Source: an uncultured virus (IMG/VR IMGVR_UViG_3300029268_000005) (lineage: Duplodnaviria; Heunggongvirae; Uroviricota; Caudoviricetes). Taken from it: a stretch of DNA of 20,000 nucleotides. Shown here piece by piece: positions 7,207-15,483 of this stretch. The notes beneath the pieces are model-generated. The model was given only the letters and a program-made list of their open reading frames with translations. It was not told where the DNA came from and searched no databases. The translations under genes and the position numbers were made by a program. The DNA is taken from IMG/VR virus record IMGVR_UViG_3300029268_000005, one strand, 5' to 3'. Numbering within the stretch: the first letter of the stretch is position 1; each line of letters starts with the position of its first letter.

Positions 7207-8247
7207 CTAGTCGACTCCGTCGACGCTTACACTTCGAAGGGCCAGATTCTCATGAACAGAGTACCAGCCCTTAATGTTCAGCGGGGCGTGCTGTATATGA
7301 TGCACGGACGGGTTCAGCACAAATAGGCCGTTATCGCACAAAGCGATTTCGCTAGCCTCTAGGTTGTGTGCATTGCCGATCAGATTCTTTCTGGGCAAAA
7401 TAGCTGCGTAAACCTTTAGAGTAATCTCAGGCGCAGCCTCAAACTCTATGAGGCGTCGCGTGAGGTCCGGCTTTTTGCACGGCACAAAGAACCACTCGCC
7501 CTGCCGTACCACGCCGGCCTTGCCAATAGCCTGTGCCGGCATCAGCACCTTGTAAGCCTCGGCAATGGACGCTGCCGGTGCCGGAAGCTCACAGCCAAAG
7601 TACGTATCCTCGTCACGACCGAACAGGAAATGGGCTCCCTTGCTGTCGCGTACCAGCACACTGCCAGCTCTGTGCCATCTCGGTGTACTGCGTGAGCTAG
7701 AGCGAACAATCGTGAAACCGGCCGCTGGAGGCTTCGGTATCTTGGCATCTGTGCATGCTTTGAATTCATCGTTTGTGAAATCAACGACGCGCAGCTTACC
7801 GCTGACGAGTGCATCATCAGCTTTGTACTTGAAGAATTGCTGCAGACAGTTCAACGACAGTGATGTTGCAGCTACACCGTCGATCGTAGTAAGGCCTACA
7901 GTGTCCGCATTGTGCAAAAGCATACGACGATGGCCACAAGACTTGGGTGCCTTTACGACCACAAAGTCGGCACCCCAGCGTGGAAGACGATGCTCGACAT
8001 CAAGCGCAGTAGCCCAGGGACGGTACATCATCCAACCACGACCGTTGTGAATAACAACACCCAGGCCGTTGTCAGAATAGACACCGACGTTACGACCAGC
8101 CGCCACAGGGCTTGTCATCGTGCCGTCAAGGCACTTTGCCAGTGTCATCCGCTGTGTGTACTTCTTGTGTAACGCAGCCGACAGCTTGTCGGCCTGAGCA
8201 CGGCCGCGAAAAGTGCACAAATCAATCTTTGGTAATGCTCTTGGCAT
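7207..8247 (-). CDS. RQGEWF-motif, His-rich C-terminal domain protein (paralog A)
   Basis: 346 aa; WHRAGS, GRDEDTYFGCELP, RQGEWFFVP, GNAH, HIQH, ends RSVSVDGVD; aligns by eye to 8278-9411. Confidence 0.85.
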   Translation of the reverse strand: MPRALPKIDLCTFRGRAQADKLSAALHKKYTQRMTLAKCLDGTMTSPVAAGRNVGVYSDNGLGVVIHNGRGWMMYRPWATALDVEHRLPRWGADFVVVKAPKSCGHRRMLLHNADTVGLTTIDGVAATSLSLNCLQQFFKYKADDALVSGKLRVVDFTNDEFKACTDAKIPKPPAAGFTIVRSSSRSTPRWHRAGSVLVRDSKGAHFLFGRDEDTYFGCELPAPAASIAEAYKVLMPAQAIGKAGVVRQGEWFFVPCKKPDLTRRLIEFEAAPEITLKVYAAILPRKNLIGNAHNLEASEIALCDNGLFVLNPSVHHIQHAPLNIKGWYSVHENLALRSVSVDGVD

Positions 8248-8277
8248 TTATATACCTGTTGGAGATGAGGTGATGGA

Positions 8278-9411
8278 CTAGTCAACGCCTTCGACACTGA
8301 CGCTACGAACAGCGGTATTCTTGTGGAACGACACCCAGCCGTTCTGCACATTAACAGTGCTATGATCCATGTGCCTTAGCATTGGATTGTACGCGTACAC
8401 AACACCGTCACGGCCAACCAACACGTTCCTTGACAAGATGCTGTGTACGTTGCCGCCAATGTCATCTCTTGGTAGTGACAAGAAAGCAGCTTCGGCGTTG
8501 TCTGGCGTATGATAGCAGAGGGCGCACTCCGATTCCTCTGGCGGACGATCAACCGGCAGCATGAACCATTCGCCCTGACGAAGCACGCCTGACCGGTCTT
8601 GTACTGCCTCAGGCATCAGAACACTGAAAGCCTCGGATATGGTAGTAGCAGCTTCCGGCAACTCACAGCCAAAGTACTGCCCCTCATCCTGTCCGATCAA
8701 ATAGTACTTGTCCTTCTTCTTGTGATGAAGAACAATGGAGCCAGACCTGTGCCAGAAGGGTGTATTGGCGTCGATCAATGTGAAGCCGGCATACGGCGGC
8801 TTGGGTTGTTCGGAGGCAGGTATTGGAGCCTTTTTGTACTTTTTCAATGTGGCCAAGGCCGATGCGGTCAAGTTGATGCGCTCATCGCTCGTGTAATCAC
8901 GAATGATGAGTTCACCGTTGTACAGCAGTTTGTCGACTTTCTCAGATTCGATCTTCAACAGCTCGGCTACACACTGGAAAGACAGATAGACGTACGGCGT
9001 CGTATCCGATAGCCAGCTGCCGAAATCGGCGTTATCGGAATCATCAGCGTCAAACACGCAGATGTACTTCCACGACTTGTGTCGTGCCGGCGCTAGAGCC
9101 ACAACCCCGCAGGCGTTCATCCTGCCTTCTTTACTGATGTCACGAGCAAACTCGACGTCCAACCAGTGCGAATCGCCGAAGTGCAACGCTCCATCCGTAT
9201 CGACATGAAATGTCATAGCGTGCACAGTTTGCGAACTGGCAAACAAAGAATGTCGACCGGACTTGAGGGGGCCGCGTTTTCCCGTGCGTAGGAACTTGTA
9301 AAAGTCACATGCCTCCTGGTAGTTGACTCGCTCACGTGCCGTCAGGTTGTCAAAGACCTTACAGGTTGAAAAGAGCCTGAGATCCATGTCGGCCAGCTTT
9401 GCTTTACTCAT
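8278..9411 (-). CDS. RQGEWF-motif, His-rich C-terminal domain protein (paralog B)
   Basis: Start reassigned to ATG 9411 (GGGAG SD); WHRSGS, GQDEGQYFGCELP, RQGEWFMLP, GNVH, HMDH, ends RSVSVEGVD. Confidence 0.85.
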   Translation of the reverse strand: MSKAKLADMDLRLFSTCKVFDNLTARERVNYQEACDFYKFLRTGKRGPLKSGRHSLFASSQTVHAMTFHVDTDGALHFGDSHWLDVEFARDISKEGRMNACGVVALAPARHKSWKYICVFDADDSDNADFGSWLSDTTPYVYLSFQCVAELLKIESEKVDKLLYNGELIIRDYTSDERINLTASALATLKKYKKAPIPASEQPKPPYAGFTLIDANTPFWHRSGSIVLHHKKKDKYYLIGQDEGQYFGCELPEAATTISEAFSVLMPEAVQDRSGVLRQGEWFMLPVDRPPEESECALCYHTPDNAEAAFLSLPRDDIGGNVHSILSRNVLVGRDGVVYAYNPMLRHMDHSTVNVQNGWVSFHKNTAVRSVSVEGVD

Positions 9412-9455
9412 CAAACATTCTCCCGTATAAACCCTTGTAGAACGACACCACATAA

Positions 9456-9806
9456 TCAATGACTACAGATTTGTGCTGCCTGTGGCGTACTGAACAAATC
9501 CATATAGTCACATTCGTAAATGTCATTGCCGGCCTTCACCCAGCAAATGTCCAACATAAGTGCGTGTATCCGCCAAGGGCCGTACACATTACCTTTGCTT
9601 AGGAACCACACCGATCGATCCGGATAGGCTAGCTCGCCGTCGCCAAGCAACTTGTAGTACAGCTCGGACTTCTCGGTTATGTCCTTTATGGCGTCTACGT
9701 CGCTCAGATCGAGCGCTATGTCTTCCGGATAGTTGCCAAGCTGATTGTCATACATCAGCGTTTTCAGCTGTTCGATGTTGTCTGAAAAGCTGCGTAGACT
9801 ACTCAT
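9456..9806 (-). CDS. Hypothetical protein
   Basis: 116-aa ORF overlapping the upstream gene end. Confidence 0.7.
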   Translation of the reverse strand: MSSLRSFSDNIEQLKTLMYDNQLGNYPEDIALDLSDVDAIKDITEKSELYYKLLGDGELAYPDRSVWFLSKGNVYGPWRIHALMLDICWVKAGNDIYECDYMDLFSTPQAAQICSH

Positions 9807-10152
9807 TGAGGTCCAATCTATTTATGATGGTCAGCTTCATAACACCACCAGTCACTTTGACAGTGGCGTGACCCTCATGATCGTGTGGACAGCATTTACC
9901 AAGCTCGTACTTGACTATCAACGTTGAATGGTGCTGTGGAATAACAGCACATGTGACGTAACGTCGACCACACTGCTTGCAGAATCCAGGCAACCGTGCC
10001 AGCCATCTACGCCACAGAGACAGCGGCGCCTCTACGGGTACGAACTTCACGGGCTCAATAAGCCAGTTCATTGCATTGGCCGTGAAAAACACGAACACAG
10101 GTATCTCAGGATCACGCAATCGCTGATTAACCTCGTACTGCTCTCTGCTCAT
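9799..10152 (-). CDS. Hypothetical protein with CxxC and CPxxH
   Basis: Start reassigned to ATG 10152 (AAGGAG at 10159-10164); the longer ORF-track call overlaps the tRNA. Confidence 0.7.
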   Translation of the reverse strand: MSREQYEVNQRLRDPEIPVFVFFTANAMNWLIEPVKFVPVEAPLSLWRRWLARLPGFCKQCGRRYVTCAVIPQHHSTLIVKYELGKCCPHDHEGHATVKVTGGVMKLTIINRLDLNE

Positions 10153-10172
10153 GACGTACTCCTTGTTGTCAA

Positions 10173-10246
10173 TCGGACCGGGGGGACTCGAACCCACGAC
10201 CAAGAAATTATGAGTTTCCTGCTCTAACCAACTGAGCTACGGTCCG
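10173..10246 (-). tRNA. tRNA with CAU anticodon, most likely tRNA-Ile2 (lysidine type); elongator Met not excluded
   Basis: Cloverleaf: acceptor CGGACCG/CGGTCCG + A73; D arm GCTC-AGTTGGTTA-GAGC; anticodon arm GGAAA-CTCATAA-TTTCT; T arm GTGGG-TTCGAGT-CCCCC (one U-C mismatch). Paired 1:72 and no GGG/CCC anticodon stem rule out an initiator. No encoded CCA. Confidence 0.93.
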
Positions 10247-10251
10247 TGCTG

Positions 10252-10584
10252 CTAGCTAGTGTATGTGCCATCAGGCGATATGTGCGCATACATAGAGTGA
10301 ACAGCCATGAACTCGATATCGAAGCTTTCGTACACGTGTCCACGCAGTTCAGGGCCCATAGGCCCTGCAAACTCTGTCCGTATGCGTACGCATGTCAGAC
10401 ATGTGCGATAAGAATGGAAGTAGCCATCGAACTTACCTGCCGACCGTTCGTAGGTTTCTCCCGGCGCAATCATATTACGGCAGGCGCAGCATGTGTGCGG
10501 CTTACGGGCCTTAACAAGATCTGCATTGAAGAACTGCCACGAGCCGTCATAATCCATCTGCATGCCGCTAACCAGCGTCTTCAT
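10252..10584 (-). CDS. Phage-type zinc-binding hypothetical protein
   Basis: KARKPHTCCAC...IAPGETYE...GKFDGYF...TCLTC; ATGA overlap with the rmlC stop supports start 10584. Confidence 0.8.
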   Translation of the reverse strand: MKTLVSGMQMDYDGSWQFFNADLVKARKPHTCCACRNMIAPGETYERSAGKFDGYFHSYRTCLTCVRIRTEFAGPMGPELRGHVYESFDIEFMAVHSMYAHISPDGTYTS

Positions 10585-11153
10585 ACGACAGACTCGCAAT
10601 TAGCGCTAATTAAATTGGCCACGGGTTCCACCTCGTGCAGTTCGCGGCCATTGTCGTCCCTGGCGGACAATATCGGCGCAGTGGTCATGGGCCACGAAAT
10701 GTTCAGCAGCTTGTCATTCCAGGCAAGCACGCGTTCGAACTCGGCAAACTGGAAGTCCGTTGACTTGTAGTGCACGATTGACGGACAAATAGCGCAGAAG
10801 CCGTGTGCAAAGCCGGGCGGTACATATAGCTGATGTCTGTTTTCGCTGCTGAGTGTATAACCGACCCAGCAGCCAAACGACGGGCTGTTCTCACGCAGAT
10901 CCACCACTACGTCAAAGATGTGGCCCTGCAGCACTTGTACGAGCTTGCCTTGTGGTCGCTGTGTCTGATAGTGCAATCCGCGAATCACGTTGGCCTTGGA
11001 CACGCTGATGCTGTCCTGTACGAAATGGACATTGAGACCCATGTCGCTATAGCGCTTCTCGTTATAGGTCTCAACAAACGATCCACGATTGTCCGGATAT
11101 ACATCCGGCTTGATAAGCAAGACGCCATCAAATTCCTTTTGCTGTACGATCAC
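10581..11153 (-). CDS. rmlC: dTDP-4-dehydrorhamnose 3,5-epimerase
   Basis: DNRGSFVETY, FVQDSISVS, RGLHYQ, QGKLV, DVVVDLRENSPSFG, LYVPPGFAHGF and YK motifs, all typical of RmlC/RfbC. Confidence 0.96.
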   Translation of the reverse strand: MIVQQKEFDGVLLIKPDVYPDNRGSFVETYNEKRYSDMGLNVHFVQDSISVSKANVIRGLHYQTQRPQGKLVQVLQGHIFDVVVDLRENSPSFGCWVGYTLSSENRHQLYVPPGFAHGFCAICPSIVHYKSTDFQFAEFERVLAWNDKLLNISWPMTTAPILSARDDNGRELHEVEPVANLISANCESVV

Positions 11154-11478
11154 TATTACTTACTCCTGCTGCAGACAATGCAGTCGTTAAGAACATGCGG
11201 AATGGGTCTGGCTGCGGATCTAACGGCTTACCGTCGTCTTCTATTAGGAAAGACGCAGGTATCAGTGCATCAGGGCAATGCCAGATATAACAGCGACCAT
11301 TTTTATCCACCGCCTTGCGCGGAGCTATCATCTCAAGCTGCTGTAGTCGCCGAGCTAGTTCATCAACAAGCGTCGATAATCCAACGACACAGTCCACAGT
11401 TGTGCCGCCTGCCGCAAGCAGCTGTCCGACGACGTTGTTGTGTTTTGCCACAGCCAGTAGCCTAGGGTCAGTCGCCAT
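11128..11478 (-). CDS. Hypothetical protein
   Basis: Start reassigned to ATG 11478 (AAGGAG SD). Confidence 0.7.
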   Translation of the reverse strand: MATDPRLLAVAKHNNVVGQLLAAGGTTVDCVVGLSTLVDELARRLQQLEMIAPRKAVDKNGRCYIWHCPDALIPASFLIEDDGKPLDPQPDPFRMFLTTALSAAGVSNSDRTAKGI

Positions 11479-11851
11479 GCGGCTCTCCTTGTACAGCGTG
11501 ATGCTCATCGTCCTGAGCTCTGAAGTGCCAGTTTGGATGTCTACGCTGCATCCAAGCAATCATGGCGTAGTTGGCAATATTGAGCAGATGCTCTGCATTG
11601 CCTGTTGTCTGGAATAGATTAGCCTCGTTGATGAGCGAAGCTATATTGTCGTTCCGTGACTCGGCCACGTAGCCGTAGCGCAAGAAGCCAAGTATCATAC
11701 GCCGTAGTCGATGTTCTTCGAACTCCAGCGACCACTCTGTTTTCTTTAGCTCGTCTATGTCCGACGACAACGGTGTGTACGGATAAGCGCATAAAGCGTT
11801 AACTGCGTGTTGTCGTAAGGCTTCTGTGACAGTTAGCGATGGTCTGGCCAT
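11468..11851 (-). CDS. Phage-type hypothetical protein, possibly all-alpha NTP-pyrophosphatase-like
   Basis: RMILGFLRYG...TGNAEHLLNIANYAMI...HPNWHF pattern; the fold guess is weak. Confidence 0.65.
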   Translation of the reverse strand: MARPSLTVTEALRQHAVNALCAYPYTPLSSDIDELKKTEWSLEFEEHRLRRMILGFLRYGYVAESRNDNIASLINEANLFQTTGNAEHLLNIANYAMIAWMQRRHPNWHFRAQDDEHHAVQGEPHGD

Positions 11852-12045
11852 TGATTGCCTCTGCTAGCTTGCTCGTAATCGTCGCACGGTTCGCCTGGAA
11901 ACATACAAAAGCAATCTACAGCACCGAGCCTGACCATGTCAGCCAGGGCGTTAGGATGTGTGCAGCGCACAATAGGCAGCAGATCTGGACCCACATCGAG
12001 CTCAGACCATCTACACGAACAGGCACCGTCAAGCATTGATGGCAT
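11833..12045 (-). CDS. Small Cys-rich hypothetical protein
   Basis: 70-aa ORF in the gene-dense strand with 7 Cys. Confidence 0.55.
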   Translation of the reverse strand: MPSMLDGACSCRWSELDVGPDLLPIVRCTHPNALADMVRLGAVDCFCMFPGEPCDDYEQASRGNQWPDHR

Positions 12046-12054
12046 TGTGTTGAC

Positions 12055-12336
12055 CTAGAAAGCTGCATAAGCTGCCGAAAAGTCGCGCGTCAAAATGGCC
12101 TGCAGCGCCTCAGGTACGGTAAGGAAGAACATATATCGTTCGTCCCACACGTAGGCCTTTATAATGCCTTCAGCCGTACGATCCAAAGTATGATCAGCCA
12201 CATGACGCAGCATACGATAGCCTTCCTTGCCGTGCCGTGTGTCACGGGTAAGCATGAAAGTCTCGTCATTGTTGTGGTCAACGACGTCCATATCTATATT
12301 CGGCACTGACCCTATCACCGTCGGAATCGATTGCAT
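12055..12336 (-). CDS. Hypothetical protein
   Basis: 93 aa; AAGGG SD. Confidence 0.7.
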   Translation of the reverse strand: MQSIPTVIGSVPNIDMDVVDHNNDETFMLTRDTRHGKEGYRMLRHVADHTLDRTAEGIIKAYVWDERYMFFLTVPEALQAILTRDFSAAYAAF

Positions 12337-12361
12337 ATTGCGCCCTTGATGTTGAGTTGTC

Positions 12362-12523
12362 TTACAGCAGTAAGAGTGCCAACCACCACAACCAGGTCAT
12401 ATCGTCATCAGCGTCCCTTGATGATGCTGACGGTGTATCGTTGGCCTCCGGATAAAAGCACGACGGCGGAAGCGGCGGCGGTTTAGGTTTGACGAGGTTT
12501 TCTGGTGGAGGGCCGTTGATCAT
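12362..12523 (-). CDS. Small Pro-rich protein with hydrophobic C-terminal tail (53 aa)
   Basis: Not in the ORF track; ATGA overlap with the stop at 12520; MINGPPPENLVKPKPPPLPPS...MTWLWWLALLLL. Confidence 0.55.
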   Translation of the reverse strand: MINGPPPENLVKPKPPPLPPSCFYPEANDTPSASSRDADDDMTWLWWLALLLL

Positions 12524-12795
12524 TTCTTGTACCTGTCGAACTGCTCGATAAGGTCGTCGTGTAGCTGTGCAGGGGAATCAGACCAGAAGGACTGAGGTTC
12601 TCCGGGTCTAGGAAATCTTCGTAGCCACAGGCATTCACGGCGACCGCAAATACTACACGCACGAATGCCAGTATCAGTCGAGAACCACCGGTGGACATGA
12701 CGTATTCGCTTTACAGGCTCGACCATCAGGTACACGATAGTCACAACGGTAATGAAACCGAGCAGGACAAGACAGACAGCCACAAATGTGCTCAT
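12520..12795 (-). CDS. Small membrane-anchored protein with H...CxxC
   Basis: N-terminal hydrophobic segment (FVAVCLVLLGFITVVTIVYLMV), then HRW...CSICG. Confidence 0.7.
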   Translation of the reverse strand: MSTFVAVCLVLLGFITVVTIVYLMVEPVKRIRHVHRWFSTDTGIRACSICGRRECLWLRRFPRPGEPQSFWSDSPAQLHDDLIEQFDRYKK

Positions 12796-13031
12796 AGACG
12801 TTTCCTGTTATTCTTCTGCTGCAGAATCTCAATGAGACGCTGCTTTTCTAACTCTGGATCAGGCACTAGCTTGCCGTCCTTGATCACATGTCCGCAACGA
12901 CGAAGCTCATCCAGTCGTTTCTTGGCCTGATCTGCCAGTCGTCGCTTTAAGACAGCCACAGAGACACCAGCCGCACGGGCCTGTTCAGCTATCGTAGTTT
13001 TGTAAGGCGGCGTATGCCATTTTGCCATCAT
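12792..13031 (-). CDS. Small basic protein, possible helix-turn-helix
   Basis: TIAEQARAAGVSVAVLKRRL resembles an HTH; ATGA overlaps on both sides. Confidence 0.65.
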   Translation of the reverse strand: MMAKWHTPPYKTTIAEQARAAGVSVAVLKRRLADQAKKRLDELRRCGHVIKDGKLVPDPELEKQRLIEILQQKNNRKRL

Positions 13032-13612
13032 CGATCGTCATTCCTGAATCGGCAGTCGGCCTCCCACAACTGTAACAACAGTTCGTCTTTCTGCGCCTGA
13101 TTCAACTTATCGTCTGCCATTATCGACCGCTCATCAAGCTGCAATGCAAGGTGATCGCGAAACTGATAGCGCACAAAAGGCGCCACAACATAGCGACGCC
13201 ACAATGACGCCCAGGCAGCCGCGTCATCAACGGCGCAGTCAACTTGCGGACGATACTTACGACGTACACGGGCCATTGCGCTATGCCAGTTATACGGCGT
13301 ATTGCCTACGCAGTGCGCGTCACGGTCATCAAAGTAGACCTCGGCAATAGGCTTATGCGAACTATCGGCAGGATTGTGCGATGTAGAGTTGACCTGCAAT
13401 TCCGGGAAGTTGTTATCTCTTAGCCATTGCTCGATAGCACTCTTGTTGCCGCGCGTTGTAAATATTACAACCTGCCAACCCCATTCGATCAATTCTAAGA
13501 TTGCATCCAGAGCATACGGGACAGGTGGGCCGAGCACCTTGGGTCCGCGCCACTTGTCATAACCTGCGATTGTATTGTCAAAGTCCACGACTGCAGTTCT
13601 TTGATATGCCGT
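13028..13612 (-). CDS. HAD-superfamily phosphatase-like protein (start codon uncertain)
   Basis: Motif I TAVVDFDNTI, motif II IFTTR, K (HKP) and motif IV YFDDR. The frame extends upstream of the GTG at 13588 to an ACG at 13612 placed 8 nt after GGAG. Confidence 0.8.
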   Translation of the reverse strand, partial: TAYQRTAVVDFDNTIAGYDKWRGPKVLGPPVPYALDAILELIEWGWQVVIFTTRGNKSAIEQWLRDNNFPELQVNSTSHNPADSSHKPIAEVYFDDRDAHCVGNTPYNWHSAMARVRRKYRPQVDCAVDDAAAWASLWRRYVVAPFVRYQFRDHLALQLDERSIMADDKLNQAQKDELLLQLWEADCRFRNDDR

Positions 13613-13639
13613 GATTAGTACTCCATGAGATTAGAAATG

Positions 13640-13837
13640 TCAAATACGGTCGGTAGCGACATCAGGTTGACTCTTTGCACGAAAACATGTCGGTTTGTCG
13701 AAGAACACAGCCACGGGCAGGTTCTCTTGTTCGGACGCAGCCTTTACTTCTGGTGTCAGCGCAGATTCACATTTCACACCGTCTATACACCGACTGTAGT
13801 GAGCGCAAAAGGTCCGATCACGATAACATAGCATCAT
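13640..13837 (-). CDS. Small Cys-containing phage-type protein
   Basis: 65 aa; CYRDRTFC...C...C; AAGGGG SD. Confidence 0.7.
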   Translation of the reverse strand: MMLCYRDRTFCAHYSRCIDGVKCESALTPEVKAASEQENLPVAVFFDKPTCFRAKSQPDVATDRI

Positions 13838-13844
13838 TTACCCC

Positions 13845-14624
13845 TTACTCGCCGGAAAGATCATAACGAAGCTGGGTCTCTGTTATGGGTATAGCTGCTG
13901 TCCCTTTCAATGCCGCTTCCGCCACCTCTCGGGAACTATAGCTATCGGCAAAAGCACAGCCCACGCCAGCTATATTGGTTGCGCCGAGTCCATTCTCCCA
14001 GATCGTTTCTCGGTTTACGCCAATAGAGTACAAAGGGAACTGGCCAGGGACGATCGCCCATACACGTAACACCGGACCACCGATAAACACCGGTGCCCCG
14101 TCTCTGGTACGAGGCACAGCCTCAAGTCGCTCGACCTCGGCCCGCGCAGCCAACAACTCTCCCCAGTGCTCGCGATACACATCACGAGCCACCGTTATCC
14201 GCTCGATCTCGGCCTTGAGCTTGCATGGACAACCGGCCTCTACGCCAGTTGCAAGGTAATCGGCCCCGCAGTGCTCACAGTGGACTCGTGCTTTGTTCAA
14301 TCGAGCATTATCAGCCCTCAATCGACGTATCTCAGCAATCGCCTGCTGTAGCGCACAGTCGTTGTACACGTTCAGAATCGTGAACAATTGGAGGTCGCCC
14401 TCTGACCAGTAGGCATACGGCGTCTGCTCAAGTTTCTGCAGCCGACGATGCCTATCTTCGGCCTCTAGTTCCTTGGCCTTATCCCAATCGCTCGTCGCTT
14501 TCATCGTCCGGTGCTGCGACTCGTCGCCACTCCAACACGGGAAGCCTGTCGGCCCTCCGCCACGCACCCTCTCGCAGCCAAGTAGACTGCGACATGTCGA
14601 ACACTCTCGGACGGTCCACCCCAT
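13845..14624 (-). CDS. Mosaic hypothetical protein (CxxC segments and coiled coils)
   Basis: 259 aa; AEIRRLRA / AEIERI / AEVERLE coiled-coil repeats separated by CEHC...CPC. Confidence 0.75.
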   Translation of the reverse strand: MGWTVRECSTCRSLLGCERVRGGGPTGFPCWSGDESQHRTMKATSDWDKAKELEAEDRHRRLQKLEQTPYAYWSEGDLQLFTILNVYNDCALQQAIAEIRRLRADNARLNKARVHCEHCGADYLATGVEAGCPCKLKAEIERITVARDVYREHWGELLAARAEVERLEAVPRTRDGAPVFIGGPVLRVWAIVPGQFPLYSIGVNRETIWENGLGATNIAGVGCAFADSYSSREVAEAALKGTAAIPITETQLRYDLSGE

Positions 14625-14626
14625 CG

Positions 14627-14713
14627 CTAACCACCTTTCTTTTCAAACGCCTTAATCAGGCATATGGCGATCACAAAGCCTAGAACGAGCCACTCCCACG
14701 TAGCACTATCCAT
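14627..14713 (-). CDS. Small single-TM peptide (28 aa)
   Basis: Not in the ORF track; MDSATWEWLVLGFVIAICLIKAFEKKGG exactly fills the gap between two genes. Confidence 0.5.
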   Translation of the reverse strand: MDSATWEWLVLGFVIAICLIKAFEKKGG

Positions 14714-15017
14714 CACTCACCGCCTTCCTTGCCCGCCCAATAACTACATCAGTCTTAGCAATCGCTTGTAGGGCTGCCGCCTGAATTGCTGCCGCTTCCC
14801 TTTTGGGTGAAACAAGCGAGGCCCAGTACACATCATTCTGTGTTCCCCGCACCTGTTCCGCGAACCGCAGCAGCTCGCGGATGATCGCGTTGCGGTCGGC
14901 CAGGGTGGCGAGCACGGCGCGGATGTCTTCCGTCGTCTCCCGGTCATGCAACCGGCCTACTCCGCACACGTCCATTTTCAGCCGCTCCACGGCGGCGGTC
15001 AGGTCGTCAGTCGGCAT
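14706..15017 (-). CDS. Hypothetical helical protein
   Basis: Start reassigned to ATG 15017 (GGAGGAG SD). Confidence 0.7.
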   Translation of the reverse strand: MPTDDLTAAVERLKMDVCGVGRLHDRETTEDIRAVLATLADRNAIIRELLRFAEQVRGTQNDVYWASLVSPKREAAAIQAAALQAIAKTDVVIGRARKAVSDG

Positions 15018-15483
15018 CGTCTTGCTCCTCCGCAACTACGACGTTGGCCCTGAGTAGATCAACCGTGTTAGCGAACGCCTTCCGCAACACTTCGTCTGGC
15101 AACTTCAACTCGTACACGTTCCCGCTGCGCGCCATGCCGGCCATCACGCAATCAACGATGTGCTCGATCACGTCGATCAGGTTCACGTCATAAGGCACAC
15201 CATCTTCCACGTTTAGATGGTGTCGGTTGATCTTGCGATGGCGTTCCCACCACACCGTTTCCTTGAATCCGGTCTGGAAGTCGCGGTGGAATCCATCGAT
15301 GTCGCTGAGCTTGTCAGCGTCATGAATCAGTGCCGCACCTTGAAGCTGTCCACCGAAGAATAGTAAACCTTTATGCACGTCGTCGATGTGCATCTCGCTC
15401 GCACCTAGAAGTTGTTCCTTCGTGACCTTGCTCCAATCGCAGGTGCGCGTATCGGCTGTCGGACTCTTCTTAATTGTTATCAT
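15007..15483 (-). CDS. HD-superfamily-like protein (DUF5662-like)
   Basis: Start ATG 15483 (GAGGAG SD); H..., HDADK, NRHH and EHIVDCV give the H/HD/HH/D ligand set. Confidence 0.7.
   Translation of the reverse strand: MITIKKSPTADTRTCDWSKVTKEQLLGASEMHIDDVHKGLLFFGGQLQGAALIHDADKLSDIDGFHRDFQTGFKETVWWERHRKINRHHLNVEDGVPYDVNLIDVIEHIVDCVMAGMARSGNVYELKLPDEVLRKAFANTVDLLRANVVVAEEQDDAD

Noticed and set aside
10173..10246. tRNA as an integration (att) site
   Set aside because: No integrase, no duplicated tRNA 3' end, and no change in gene style on either side within the window.
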